The notes: a model not told the origin generated them from the letters alone. Positions 37,426-52,990 are shown, numbered from the stretch's first letter. The stretch is 64,000 nucleotides of DNA from Octopus vulgaris (GCA_951406725.2 OX597814.1:160704001-160768000), one strand, 5' to 3'. Numbers and translations are program-made.

Positions 37426-40400
37426 ATATATACACATGATGGACTCTCCTGACGAAGTACGAGCATTCAGCTTTTGCCAATTAACCTACACATATAAATT
37501 GTTTATATTGATCAAATGTTCATGCCACACATTAGCTCACCACCATCAAATTGACTTTGCATGAACAGGTGCACAGTGTACCACATGTCAGGTGTCAAAG
37601 TGATTGCAGAGCAATGTGAGATGAAGTGTTTTGCTCAAGAACACAACACATTACCAAGTCTAGGAACTGAAACCACAATCCAGTGATCATGAGTGCAACA
37701 ACCTTAACCACTAAACCATGCACCATCGCAATAAAATGAAGCAGAATCCAAAGTGGTATTGGTGGTCTGCAATGGTAATACTTGTATTATTTTGTAAAAT
37801 TAACAAAGAGAACACTGATCTTATCACGGGGAGTGGAAAATCTATTTCAGACAGAGCTTTTCTCCAGGAAAAAGTTGACAGGAGTGAAATTAAAAACAGA
37901 CAATAGATGTTTACATCTTCTAAGTTAGAAAAACTGATAAGGAACACAAGACCACAGGAGCTTCGTGTGTGGACAGGGCGTGGTAGGTGAGAGAGGTAGA
38001 TGGAAAAAAGAATGAAATGAGAACTGAGCTAAAGCAAAAATGAGGTGAAAGAGCAGTTGAAGGTTAGGAAAGGGGTTACTGAATGAAGAGGAGGTGTAGG
38101 AGAACAAGAAAAAAAACGTTAATTTAAACCTGTCAGTGACATGGTGCTAAATTCAAATATGAAACATTTTGCAATATTCAGAGGATATGTTAACAAGCAT
38201 GCAGTCACACACACAGCATGAAAGACAGATGTTAAATGATGATCATGACACACGCATACACAGAAAGATTTCTTTCAGTTCTCTTCTATCAAATCTACTC
38301 ACAAGGCTTTGATCAGCACAGAGTCCTAGTAGAAAACACTTGCCTAAGATGCAGTACAGTGTGATTGAACACAAAACCATATAGTCTAGTGTATGCTTTG
38401 GTATGGTTTCTACAGCTAGAGAAGCTTCTGCACATCAACCACTTTACAGCATATATTGGGCACTTTTTCATGGCACCAACATTAGTGAAGTCACCATCCA
38501 GATTGCAAGACAAAACCCCTTCAATTGACTGAGGTTACAGTAAAAAGGAAGACAGCTTATGTCAGCTACATTATATGATTCACTAGAAACTGTTTAAATT
38601 GGAAAATTAAAAAAAATATTTGCTAGTTAAATTGATTTTTTTAGAGCAATATAGTAGATTAAAAATAATGTTTAATTTATTTTCCTGGTTTGATATTTTA
38701 CTGTCACTGGTCTCCGTCACTCCAGTCTTGCAACCAACACCTATTCAACACCAATGTTTTATTCCTTCTTGGACATTTATATTACACTTCTGTCACCAAA
38801 TTCCAATGGGGTATCATATGCAAAATCATTATTTTAAAAACTTATGAGAAATCTTTTCTTTTGCAAATGAAATTGCAATCAAAATAATGACAAATATTAA
38901 TATTTTAACAAAGACTAATATTTATTTAATGAAGGTAATTAACATATTGATAAATGAAACGGAATAATCATATAAGCTTCCTCCTGAATACAAATTTTGA
39001 ACCATTGCCATGTTTACAAGTGGTCAGAAAGTTAGTCTAATTATCTTTTAACAATAGAAAGGACTTTCTTCTGCTTCCAGTTTTAACCAAACGGAATTAT
39101 GGAACAACCAAAAAGTATCAACTATGACTGCTGATTGCTAGCCAACATAAGATCTCCTTAACAGCTAATACAACACAGAACAAAAACTAGTTCTTATCTT
39201 CCATGTCAACAGCTAAAGACAGCAGTACTTTTCTGTAGATAACAGCATTGGCATTTAATAAAAATAAATCTAAATGCTGCAAAACAAGTGAAGCAGAAAT
39301 GCCAACAGCCTGCAGACAGACTACTTTAGCTATTCCCACCCCAACCTCTAACACATGAGCAAAGTAGCCGTTCAGTTGGTAATGTCCTCCTATCTAATAA
39401 TTAATGGAGGATTTATTAAATGGACTGATATGTTTCTATCAAGAGCTAATAATACTTGGCAAAAATGGGAGGAACAAAGGATACTAACCTAAATCTCTTG
39501 ATAAACCAACCTGCCTGAGATTGTCTGTCATTCTCATGAATATAAAAATTACTCATTCTAAAGTATTCATATTTCAATTAAAATTCCAATAATTTTATGT
39601 AACAACCATTTTTGTCCAAACACCAGCTTAATAATGAAAAAGTTATTTCTTAAATCATTCCAAATTTTTGGTTTTTTAAAATTTTATTGAACTATGAGAA
39701 CAATATATTTCATTAGAAATATGGCCACACAAGGGTTAATAAAGTTAAAACTAACTTTGAATATCCCAAAGATATAGAGGAAAGCAATATCAAGCTAACT
39801 GAAATTATAGTTCAATATCTTGGGTGTAAATAATCCTTTCTACTATAAGCACAAGGCCTGAAACTTTTTGGGAGGGAGCTAGTCGATTATATCAACCCCA
39901 GTGCATAACTGATACTTATTTCATCAACCACGAAAGGATGAAAAGCAAATCAACCTTGGTGGAATTTGAACTCAAAACAAAGACAGAGGTGAAATGCTGC
40001 TAAGCACTTCGACCAACATACTAACAATTCTGCAAAATGCACAAACACTTATAAATTTAAGTAAATAATATAAATAGGCCCAATTTCTTTAAACAGAAAA
40101 TCTAAAATCAGCATACCTTAACATTTTAATGCTCATACCAACATTGTAAGACATTGCACAAACCACATTTGCTGTGTCTTGACAACATCATTATTTAATG
40201 TCCATGTTCGGTAGTTTAGACAATGCAACAAAATCCAACAAGTCTGAAGGTGTTGGCAAGGTTTTTACATCTGGTTGCCCTTCTTAATGCCAACCACATC
40301 ACAGAGTGCATTGAATGTCTTTTTTTTTTCTTTTTTTTTTTTTTTGTAGAATCAGCACTAGTTGGATTACTAAGTAACTTGACAGACAAAACTTTTTCAC

Positions 40401-41291
40401 TGAGTAGGGATGCAGTATTGAGGAAGGTGGATTTGTGTGAGATGCAGAGGAGCTGAAGTAGGAAGGAGAAACATTACACAATGTCACTTAACACTAAAAC
40501 AAGGATGTTAAGAGTTCATGTTAAAGCTGGGAGTTAACAATTCCAGAAGTTCTCACTACTTGGAAATACACATGCACTAATAAAGAAATGTAGTGGTAGA
40601 AACTAAGTCAAAAGTTCAGTGATATTTAGTGCAGTAAACTAGGTGACATATCAGTTTCAATTAGTGTTCCATTGTACTAGAATAGTTACTACAAAGATCT
40701 TAATCCATAGCAACCCAAATGAAAGATGCACATTATTATAGCACATTTGAGATGTAAATAGTCCAAAAGCTTGATCAATAACTCAGAACAGTAAATTAAT
40801 GGAATTGGTAGTTAAGTCTCATTACATTCTATTCCATCAGAGCTGGCTGTCTCTTTCATTACCACAGGGTTGTATAGTTATACAAGAAATTTACCCAAAA
40901 TACCTAAACTGCTACGAAACTCATTGACAATCCAAAATTGATTAAAAATTAAATTATATATACATATATATATATTCAGGTACTATGAACACTGTTGTCA
41001 GCATATAGAAGCCAGCACCATCCATAATCTTGTAAAGTAATTTCAACTTGTTTTTGTGTTTTTTCAGCCAAGTCTAAACAGACATCTTTTTATATAAACA
41101 TTACATAAAAGTTTTGTATACTTTATACAGATCCCCAGTAATGTATCAACTAACATTGATTAATGGTTAGTTAGTTCAGGTTGGAATCTGAGAAGGTAGC
41201 TAGAACATTAACATAAAATAAGAGAGTGTAAATGCTTTAAGATATCTTAATGGTGGCCAGCTTCCACACAGCACAAGTTAATGCTGTGTGG

Positions 41292-42366
41292 AAAACTTCT
41301 TGGCAATCCTAGCTCTATGCAGTTACCCAACATGCAAGAAATAGTAACCATATCTCAAAGAACCAGGATACCTTACGGCAATTAAAAAGAAAAACAGGCT
41401 TGTTACACTTGGAATGTCTTTGGTCATAAGTCTGTCCAATGAGGGCTGATTTAAGACTAACAACAAATGCTTATACAATAAATCCAAATTGAAGCCATTC
41501 ACAATTTCTGAAGGATTAGAGTTATACAAAAAAAAAAACTAATGTATAAGAAAGTGAGGAACTATTTCTTCAGCTAAAAATGTTAGGTGTCAACTTTACC
41601 AACAAGTCAACAACAAATAGTTGAGCAAAACAGAATCTGAGACACAAATGGATTCTTTTTTTTTTTTCTTCCCACACAAATAACATCAAATTATCTTCAT
41701 TATATTGAGTGATACTTTACCAGATCTAACAAAAATTTGAAACCAAAATTTAATATTTAACATGTAAACACACTTATAACACTTCACAATAAATGAAGTA
41801 CCCTATCTACACTAATATGAATCAAGCCGGACTAAGTAAAACTATCTGCTATCAACTTATAAAGCCTGTCATTCAAAAATTATATTTAACTTTATCATAC
41901 TAAGTCTTCCTGCCGTTCTAGCAACTTATCTGCCTCAAATAATATTTAATTAGGTGAGCATCAATAGATTTCATCAAGCTAATTCTTCTCTTTAGATTTT
42001 TACTTTATAAATTTTGTTCTAACACCTTACCTATGGTTTTGATGAATCTACAAAACTTCTTGGCAATCCTAGCTCTATGCAGTTACCCAACATGCAAGAA
42101 ATAGTAACCATATCTCAAAGAACCAGGATACCTTACGGCAATTAAAAAAAAAAACAGGCTTGTTACACTTGGAATGTCTTTGGTCATAAGTCTGTCCAAT
42201 GAGGGCTGATTTAAGACTAACAACAAATGCTTATACAATAAATCCAAATTGAAGCCATTCACAATTTCTGAAGGATTAGAGTTATACAAAAAAAAAAACT
42301 AATGTATAAGAAAGTGAGGAACTATTTCTTCAGCTAAAAATGTTAGGTGTCAACTTTACCAACAAG
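41292..42366 (+). repeat. 315-bp direct duplication (41292-41606, 42052-42366) flanking a 445-bp insert
   Basis: The copies are offset by 760 bp with one substitution seen; the ORF track gives identical peptides at 41323 and 42083. Confidence 0.95.
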
Positions 42367-44309
42367 AAAGCAAACCTTTCGAGAATCTTGAGTTTACAGC
42401 TAGGGCACTTTTACAACCAACACTAGTAAAATTCAAAGGTCACTTTCAAATGTGCCTTTTGTTTCATTTAGTATACATGGATTTTTCCAATATATTTTAT
42501 ATAGCAATTATAATAAATTTGACTAAACACTTTTTTCTACACAATGTATTATTAAGAAAATTTAGTGTGTATTATACACAAGATATTTCTTCCAGGATTT
42601 CATTACACATAAGTATGTATTAATATACAAATAAATATAAATGACAGAAAAGAAATAAGTATGAAACTTCTACTTTGAGGGATTGCAGAACAAATAATAA
42701 AAATGGAATCAGTCCATCTATTGTATTAGTTATAAGGACCTTACAGAAAGTGAAATATATAGCAATTCAGTACAAAAACTGGGAATGCTTCAGGACTTTT
42801 GTGTTACTGTGAACATCAAGGATAGTAATTTATACTAAATTGCTTGGCTAATGAGATGTACAGGAAAATGTTATTCTTGAACTAAAACTAAGTGTACCAG
42901 AAAATGCACTAGAAAAGCCATCATGAAACAAAGATTATGAAATGTAAAAGTAGTAAAATTTTGTTACTGATGTGACATATTAGAGCTACAAGCAGTGTTT
43001 GATATGAGGTGAGAAGTTCAAGGAATTGATATATTTAACATGAAGGAAAAGGGGGGTTTTTTCCCTCGATACAAAAGATAAATTAAATGTGAAAAAAATG
43101 TGATGCTAAGCAAAGAGAAACAAAATTATTTTGTTGGGTGTGCTGTTAACTTAAAAAGAAGGTTCAGCACAAAAACAAAAATTGAAAAGGCAAATGGATA
43201 TCAAGACCAAGCCTATGTGAAAGTTGAGTATACTATTGTTGTAGATAAATAAGATAAATGAATATTGAAAGCAGGATAACAAAAGAAGACTGGCTTTGTA
43301 ATAGGTAATTTTCAGTAAAAATAAAAATTAAAAGCAGAGATGATATTGGGCAAAAATAAACAGATCAAAACTGATCATATTGAAACATGATTGAGATACA
43401 TGTTGTATTCTGTCCATGCCAGTAAAGCAAAAAATGATGTTAGAAAGATAATAGGGTTTGCTGTTCATGCACTTACACTTAACAAATAGTTTTTTAAAAA
43501 ATGCCAAAAAACTGACAAACTGCCAACATTCTAGTGGCGTCAACTTCCTATTCTGTCAGTAATGATTTATAAGCTAAATGGTAGTGCTGAACAATAAAAA
43601 TGTCTATTTTCTACTCCTTAGCTTGCTAAAACAATTTTCAAACATTAAACCATCAAAACAATGAGTTCACCAATTAATATTTGATTTTTTTATAAAATGC
43701 ACAACATTGAGTGTTCTTCATGAAATGACAGAGACCAAAAGAAAGTAAACTGAATAAAATATACTACATAATAGTTAATTGCTGTTGTAAAAAATCATGA
43801 ATTTATATTTTACTAGGATAAAAGCCAACTTTCTTAAAGAATGTGTTGATCATATGGTTCTAGAAATTTTGCATCAAATATATACAAACCAAAACTCATT
43901 CAGTCAGAATTTTACCCTGGCATTAGTTAATTTCTTTCCAGTCAAATTCTATGATGATGATACATCTTACTAAGGCTGTATCAAAAAATCAATGTTATTT
44001 TTAGACTTTAAAGTCAAGAAATCAAATGCTTCTGAATTCCTGGTCATGAAATTGTCCAGTAACCCATAACCATACAAAATCCAATTCCATGTGAAATTTG
44101 GGCTCACCAGCATACACCAAACTTAGAATAACATAAACCCCACTTTTTTTCTTCATCCTCCCACAATCAGAATAGAACAGCAAGTATTCTTTAGTCACAA
44201 TGCAGTACCAGTGATAGGGCTTAAAATCTTGATTTTCTTTTCAATAAGCTGATATCTAATTCAATTTAATTAGCCATTGCAAATTCTTCCTTTTAATCAA
44301 TAATTCCAT

Positions 44310-44349
<40 letters not shown>

Positions 44350-44504
44350 ACCAGCTTAGAGAAGAAGAAACAAATCGAATCGACGCAAGGGTGCTCAGTC
44401 ATACAATAGTGTAATAAATAAAATATATGCATACATACAAACATATATGTACGTACCTACATCTACATGTATATATACATGCATGTATAAATATATATAC
44501 GTGA

Positions 44505-44541
<37 letters not shown>

Positions 44542-46634
44542 TAAATTTACAAACCAGTTCAAGCTGAAAACAACCATCCCAAACAGTGAGCAAACTCACT
44601 CACAGCTACTGAAAATAGGAGTGACTTGGGAAAACTAATTATTAATTAAGTAAGCAGCAATATAAGCATTTATTTGGATATGAATTGATTCAATCAAGTT
44701 TTAAAATTTATAAACATCCCATTTTGTCAAGATTACAAATAAAAAAAAACATACACCAGCAAGAATTTATTCTATCTTTTCTTTAAAAAAACATAATAGA
44801 AAAAAAAGACAAACATAATAAAACTAAGAATGCAAACATGAGTAAATGTCGACCTTCAAATGAGATTAAATACTATGTTGCTATATCTTGTTAACTAAAC
44901 ATTAGTTGCTTGTTCCTTGTAAGTGAAAAGTCTTTACATGTAATAATTTTGAAAATGACTCATTGCATTAACCCTTATACAATCTCCACCAAACTTTGTA
45001 TGAGTCAATATTAAGCAGCACCTGCAGCATCAACCAGTAAATACTTCACATACATCATAGCCTTGGACAATCTAACTGACGCTAGGTAAGCTTCACTGTT
45101 AAATACATTGAAAAATATTAGGAATACAGTTTCCCAAAATAATTTATGAGGAGAATATTTTCAGGTTCAAAATGACCATTCCCAAATGCAACAAAAACAA
45201 AAATCTGTTTTTGTTATTGAACAGCAAAGAGACATTGGTTAACAGCTTCTCTATCACAAGCTGATGAAGAACCACACAGATGCAGTTGCTTACCCTGTTA
45301 GAAACAGCAGCCAAATTTCCCTACAATAAGTGAAGGACACCTTAGATCATGCAGTGCAGTATACCCTAAAAAGATGAGAGTGGTTGTGATTGAAATGCTT
45401 ACTGTGATCATAGGTTAGCTTGGTCGAGGCTGATTTGTACTAAAACACAACACCCTGTCTATTGCCAGTAAATAATACTTCTGCATTACATCTCTCTTAT
45501 TAAGAAGGTATAATAAAATCAAAGGATAACTAAAATTAGAATATGAGAAAAAAAAATAGTAATGAAAGACCTCCTAAACAGAGTAAGATTTGTTAATACA
45601 TAGTATAAAACAAAGAATATCAGGGAAATCAATGGAGCAAAACTAGTTTTTCTAACACAATATTGATCGATTTGCTAGATAATGCTAAACAGCTGTTTCT
45701 CTCTGAAATGAGAGGAAAATTCCAAATTCAAAAATAAATTCACAATAAAATACTTTTTCCTGACATAGGAATCATACAGAAAATAACTGAAAGTTGGAAA
45801 TATTATATTCACTCAACAAACCACTTTGCCTATAAATGATTCATTTAAGCAGAAAAAAGGCTTCTGAGAGACACACCCAATTGAAATAAAACCAAAACAC
45901 ATTTCAATCTTTATTTGCAATTTTGCTTTAAGAAACGAAATGATGCGTAACCATTTAACTAGCAACAACAACAACAAATTATTTTTTTTTAAACTGATGA
46001 ACTTCAGAATTTCTCTCAATTGTAGACTCATCCCTAGTTTATTAACACATTTACATTTGATCTAAAAGGAGTTATTTCCCCCACCCTCTTTCTATTCATT
46101 TTACATTTCCCACACTAACTTAAACCTGAAGCAAAAATTCATACATTCTTACAACTGATTGGAAAAAAGAGTTTTCTGCTTTTCTGAACACCAATCAATA
46201 TCAATATGACTCAAGAACAAGGACATCCAGTTGACTGATTAACAAGTTAATCACTATACTTTTTTTTTTCTTTATGAAATTAATAAAGTATACAGCTAAA
46301 TGAGAATGTCATCAATCATGTTCATTAAATCTTTTTTTCATTGGACTGCAACCACATTGGGGGACCACCTTGAGTTTTATAAAAACAAATCAACCCCAGT
46401 ACTTAATATTTTAAGCCTGGTACTTATATCAGTCCCTTTTGAGAAACTGCTAAGCTACAAGAACACAAATAAACCAACACCAGTTGTTCAGCAATGCAGG
46501 AGAACAAACACAAAAACACACAAACACATACATTTTTTTGTTGGAACTTGTTCTTAAACTACATAATCAACATTTTCTATCGAAAAAGGGTTTTACAACC
46601 CAATGTTTACTCATTCTCTCTCTCACATTTACTC

Positions 46635-47030
46635 ATTTACTTGTTTCAGTCATTTGACTGTGGCCATGCTGGAGCACCACCTTTAGTCGAGGAAATCGAC
46701 CCCAGGACTTATTCTTTGTAAGCCTAGTACTTATTCTATCGGTCTCTTTTGCCGAACTGCTAAGTTACGGAGACGTAAACAAACCAGCATCGGTTGTCAA
46801 GCGATGTTGGGGGGACGACAAACACAACACACAAACATACACATATATATATATATATATATACATATATACAACAGGCTTCTTTCAGTTTCCGTCTACC
46901 AAATCCACTCACGAGGCTTTGGTCGGCCCGAGGCTAAAGTAGAAGACACTTGCCCGTGATGTCATGCAGTGGGACTGAACCTGGAACCATTTGGTTCGTA
47001 AGCAAGCTACTTACCACACAGCCACTCCTA
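46635..47030 (-). mobile_element. Well-preserved full-length tRNA-derived SINE with an internal microsatellite
   Basis: CpG-rich with intact head and tail; same family as 25116-25525, 57895-58245 and 3720-4120. Confidence 0.9.
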
Positions 47031-48342
47031 CATCTAATTACATGCTATTATTTCAAGAACCAATTCCAAAAAAGAATTATTCCATGTTCTCTCAGAAGTC
47101 TATAAATTCTTATGACATCAACAACACACACAAAATAGGTTTCCACACAATTTCTGACAACCAAATTCACTCACAAGGCATTGGTTGACCCAGGGCTACA
47201 GTAGGAGACACTTGCTTAAGGTGCTGTGCAATGGGCCTGAACTTGAAACTATGTGGTTGCAAAACAAGCTTGTTAACCACACAGCCATTCCTATGTCTAT
47301 CATCATCATTTAGCATCCATTTTCCATGCTGGTATGCATCAGATTGTTTGACTGGAGCTGGTTTGTACAGCCAGATGCCCTTCCTAAAACCAACCACACC
47401 ACAACATACTGGGTGTCTTTCACGTGTCACTGACACTGGCCATACATATTTCAAAATAAAAAGGAAAAAAAAGAAACATAAGAAAGAAAAAAAAAGAAAT
47501 ATAAGAAAGAAAAAAAAAAGACTCAGCATGAATGAGTTTCATATATTTAAAGTCTTGATTTAAAAGCAAAGACAATATGCCAATCCCTGATTCAACAAGC
47601 TATTGCAGAATGCTGAAACAAACCAAAGAAATTTTTTAATATTTTATGTGATGTTGACGCATTATCATTAAAAGGGCCACTTGTATTCTGTTTTATTAAC
47701 TTTCAGTTACAAGAAAAATTGGCAGACTAATTGAATATTGGAAGTCAATTATCCAATAAGAACCACCAGAAGCAAGATTTTCGTTTTTCTTTAAAATGAT
47801 AGCAAATCGATAAGATACATTTGTAATCCTTTCATGTGTAAAGTGAATCTTAGGAGGCAATTAGAAATTAGAGACATCAAATATGCTTTGTGACACAATA
47901 GACAAGTGGGCATTAGATCAGATCATTATCATCATCATCAAAAGCAGCACTATGACAACTGTACACATTCTAACCGAATAAAAATCATTTATTCCCTTCA
48001 GGGCTCTCCCTAATTGAGGTTGAATCATGTACATTAAACTCGGAGAAGGGAACACCAATACGTTTTGGGGAGGGGGGAGAACAGAGTATATGATGCCAAC
48101 CATTTCAACATTTGAGAAGGATGAAAAATATACATAAATAAGAAAATGCATGGCAACCAGATTTAGGGAAACAGAATTCATTTAAACCTATGAATAAAAG
48201 TAATGGAAGATAAGAGAGAGAGAGAGAGAGAGAGAGAAAGGACAATGTTAGTATAATCATAAGACCAAAGAGAGTATCATTTTCCTTTCATTTCATCAAA
48301 GCAGAAATGCTTAGAAATGTCCATGTATTGACAGAAATTCCA

Positions 48343-48482
<140 letters not shown>

Positions 48483-50603
48483 ACACAGATATGCAGCCAT
48501 GCATAAGACATGTTCAAAAATAACACCATCCACTAATGTGGAGACTATACATACACACACCTACAAGTATATATTATTTATTTGCTCCCTTTTATACCAA
48601 GGTATTTTATTTTCCTATGCTAGCATAGGATGGATGGGTAGCTATTCCATTCATAAACCTGTTTTTTATTTATTTATCATTCATTCATTTTGCAAGGAAA
48701 GGACTTTTTATACCACTACTTTAACAGCACAGATCTAGAGGAAATAATGTTCACTTGAAGTTAAACATGACAACATAGGTGTCGGTTTTTTTTTTTTGGA
48801 GGCAGGGTTGTTGTTTTGTTTTGTTGAGATACCATTACATGAGAAGTAAAAATATCGACTTTTATGCAAGTACCCACATAGATATATGTATACAACATTA
48901 CATATAAATTACATACACACACACACACACACAAATGTAGCTATATGGAAACTAATGTACTAAATCACATCATCGTCATCTAATGTCTGTTTTCCATGCT
49001 GGATAGTTCAACAGGAGCTGGTGAGCAAGACGAGTGCACCAAGCTCCAATGTCTGCTTTGGCATGGTTTCTACAGCTTGATGCCCTTCCTAATGCCAACT
49101 GCTTTACAGAGGATACAGAGTGCTTTTTATGTGTACTGGCACTAGAGAGATTACCAAGTAACTTGCAAGGCAAGACCTCCTCAACTGAGAAAAGGGAGCA
49201 GTACTGAGGGAGGTGGCTTTAGGCCAGGTGATGAGAGGTTAGGAATGAAAGAGGGTGGCAGGGACAGGTGTTTTACTGTAGGGGATATAAATGGTTACCT
49301 CAGTTGGAAGAGGAGGAGGACGGTGGTGGTGAAGGTGTTTCAGGGCTACCCCTCAAGTTACAGAAAGACGAATAAAGAGAAGTGGTGTGGGCAGATAAGT
49401 TTGTGGGAGAATGAAAGGTAAGCAGTGGTAGACCAACATACGTTTTTGTAATCTTCAACAGTTCACTAATTAACTCATTAACAAAAAAAAACAAAAAAAC
49501 TATTCTTATATAAATTGGCATGAATTCAAGTAAAGTTTCTTGAGTGGTTATGAAAATCAACAATGGATAAACTGAAATGTAAAAGAGAAGAATTTCTGAA
49601 GGAGAATCCACACAATATTGACCAGAATTAAATTCACTATAGAGTTTCTTAGACATACTTCATTGCAAAAAATTTCCCTGAGTGACCTATGTCCAGTTTT
49701 GGTTAACCATAGATATATAGATATCAAATGTATATAGATGGCTGGATAACTGGACTTGTAGTCCCTCGAAATAGAAACTAATATTTATTAAGATAGGTCA
49801 GTATTTTACTTAATGCTGTTATAAGTATAAATCTGTAAATTTTTCCTAGACTGCACACTAAGTAATGGAGAAAATATCTGGATTCACTAAATACAAAAGA
49901 ATGTTGAAATAGCCGAGGACTTGTCTTTTGATCTAGTTTTCAAATCGCTATCATTCCTACCACTGTCCTCCTCCTCTCTGTATCTCTCTCAATGTATGTC
50001 TCTCTCTATTCCACTATATGAAGGAGAGATAAAAGATTAAAGAGAGAGTGAAAGAGAAAGAAAACAGGGCTTGACATGACACAAATGTACCTCTTTCATC
50101 ATCACCAATGTTCTCTATTTCTATCTATTCCACTAATCAAGAGAGACAGCCAGAGAAAAAGATTGATATGATTAATCCATTTCAACTGTCTTTCTACAGC
50201 TCCTTCCATGACAAACACTAGGGTGTAACTTGAGGGAGATTTAACAACTTTTTCAAAAAATAAGTATTACACAAATCTTCCCTGAGAGGTGACAATAATA
50301 TATATGATTTTATCAGAGTTCCTTGTAAAGTTTCTGAATACAAGACATGGATATAGCCTCTGGGTGCACATGCAATTATGTTTAAGTTGAATATGTGTCC
50401 CCTTGTCTTGACATCATGAGCCTCATCAACTATATAAATGTTATTGTTTCAAATCTGCCATGAATGACATGTGTGGCCTACAGAAGATATTTACTTAGAA
50501 ACAGGTTAGGGTTGGTAACACGAAGGGCATTCAGCTGTAGAAATTCTACCTCAATGAATTCTAACTGACCCATGCCAGCATGGATAAGTTAACATTAAAA
50601 TGA

Positions 50604-50663
<60 letters not shown>

Positions 50664-50704
50664 TAAGAGAGTTTTTTTTTTAATTTTACATGAAATTCCC
50701 TTAC

Positions 50705-50790
50705 CTTTCAGAGCAGAAAGATTCAGCACCTCCTTTGGTCACATGACTACATGGAGACTTCCTATCATGATCAACACTGTAGTTTTTAAT
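50705..50790 (-). CDS. Tentative upstream RalGPS exon (86 nt), coding (IKNYSVDHDRKSPCSHVTKGGAESFCSE-R) or 5' UTR
   Basis: tttttcttccag acceptor and AAG|gtaag donor. The open frame ends in phase 2 and joins the 19798 exon in frame (AG+G = Arg). No recognisable homology. Confidence 0.55.
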
Positions 50791-52409
50791 CTGGAAGAAA
50801 AAATTAATTAAAATGTAATACACAATTTAACTAATTAAAATATAATACACAAAGCAGATGAACTTTCAGCTAATCTCTTCATCACTAATGTGTTTTTGAT
50901 GTTTTTATAACAGACACTTCATTACAATACCACCACCATATTGCAACAATTATTCACACACATTATGTATGTGTGTGTGTGTGTGTGTGTGTGTGCATGT
51001 GCATGCGTGCGTGTGCACATGCACTTTGTTTTTCTTTTTGTATTAGCATATATCATTCCATGGTTTTTTTGAGTTGGATGGTACCACTTAATGGTACTAT
51101 CTTAAATACTACATAAGAAAATATATCTGAAAAGAAATTCCGATTTTACCTTTCAAAATCTAGTTCCAGAGGATCTAGAAAAGCTCATAGGCACAGCTAG
51201 GCACACTGACTAAACTGCAATAAAATTCAAACCCCACAGTTAAAGGGACGATTAGGGAACAAAAAGATGCCACTGCCGGGAATGTGATATAAACCAATCT
51301 AAAGCAATACAGTAATATTCTGGTCAATAATAATGCTTGCACATAGTCACTCATCATGCAGAAATAGTAGCTAAATATCTCTCCAATTACACCCGACTGT
51401 CATAAAAAAAAAAGGACAGATTAAATTAATAGTCCTCACTACATTATGCTTTGGAAGGGGAAAAAAAAAGACAGGCTGGTCACAGCTGGAATGCTTCCAC
51501 TGGCAGCCTATTCAGTCAGGGCAAATCTGAAGTAGCAACAAGACACACTAATAAAAATAACTATTAGCTCATACCATTCTTCTTAGCACATTAATATCAA
51601 TTAATTCTTCACTCCACAGACATTTTGAAATTAGAAAGAAAATTACCTGCTCAACTGACTAAACAACAAACAGTTTAGTAGCTTAAAGTTGTGAATTTGA
51701 ATTTTGTCAAAATTACCTCTGCTTTTCATACAATTGAATGAAGAAAATAACATACTTGCATAACTTGTCAAAAAAATAATAATGTCTATCTACAATGCCA
51801 AGTATTTGGGCTACTTTCAAGCATTTAATTGGCTACTTTTTGTGACAAGTCTGCTCAACCAGAATTCAATAGCAATATAGACAAAAATTAACTCAAATTT
51901 GGACAAAATATTTTCACTGTTCAGTACCTTTGTGAAATCACATCCATATACACACATACAACATACATAAGGCATAAGCATCAATCTGAGAGTAAAAAAT
52001 AAAATAAAAGTCTCAGGGCTTAATTTATATTCTTGGGATTGCTCATTTTGACAAATATGCAGTAGAAGTGGGATAGTTGGCTATGTTAATCAATAGTAGG
52101 ATAGCCTGTTTTGCTAGGGCTTAGTAGCTGATGAATTACCTGTGAAACAAGCAATATACTTCTTGCAGTAGAAATTTTAGTTAACTGCTAGAACATATAA
52201 TAGTCCTTAAAATTTAGCATGAAGGAACAGCAAGTAATATGTAGTCTAATCAATAATATGATTACTTTGTAATAGGTATGATGTTCCAATCCTATTAGTA
52301 TAGGTTTTTGTTTTTTTATGTTTATGTTTCAAACCATATTAGTGACTTGTATTAAAAGATTAAATTTCCTAGTTATTAATTTAGGTGTGTGTGTGTGTGT
52401 GTGTGTGTA

Positions 52410-52990
52410 TCATCATCATTTAACGTCCGTTTTCCATGCTAGCATGGGTTGGATGGTTCGACTGGGGTCTGGTAAGCCATGGAGGCTGCACCAGGCTCTA
52501 GTCTGATGTGGCAGTGTTTCTACAGCTGGATGCCTTTCCTAACGCCAACCACTCCGTGAGTGTAGTGGGTGTTTTTTACGTGCCACCGGCACAGGAGCCA
52601 GAGCAAGCTGGCAAACGGCCACGATCGGTTGGTGCTTTTACGTGTCACCGACACAGACGCCAGTCAGGCGACGCTAGTATCTGCCACGTTCGAACAGTGC
52701 TTTTTACGTGTCACCGGCACGGGTGTCTTAACTACAATTTCCATTTGAATTTTTATTTTGATATTGACCAACTTGACTCAACAGGTCTCCTCAAGAACAG
52801 CGGGTCTCTTTTACTTGTTTCAGCCATTAGATTGCAGCAATGCTGGGGCAACACCTTCAAGAATTTTAGTCAAATTTACCCCAGTACTTTTTTGTGAAGC
52901 CTGGTACATATTTTATTTGTCTCTTTGCTGAACAACTGAATTACAGGAACATAAACACACCAATACCGGTTATCAAGCAGTGGCAGGGGA
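52410..52990 (-). mobile_element. Young retroposon (catcatttaacgtccgttttccatgc tail) abutting a SINE 3' half
   Basis: CpG-rich with internal gtgcttttacgtgtcacc repeats; followed by the ttttacttgtttcag SINE tail. Confidence 0.85.

Noticed and set aside
51149-51173. Possible 25-nt microexon (ttttctag ... GAAAG|gtaaaa) on the minus strand
   Set aside because: Weak polypyrimidine tract, and it has a stop in the frame needed to join the 50790 exon; no support from sequence alone.
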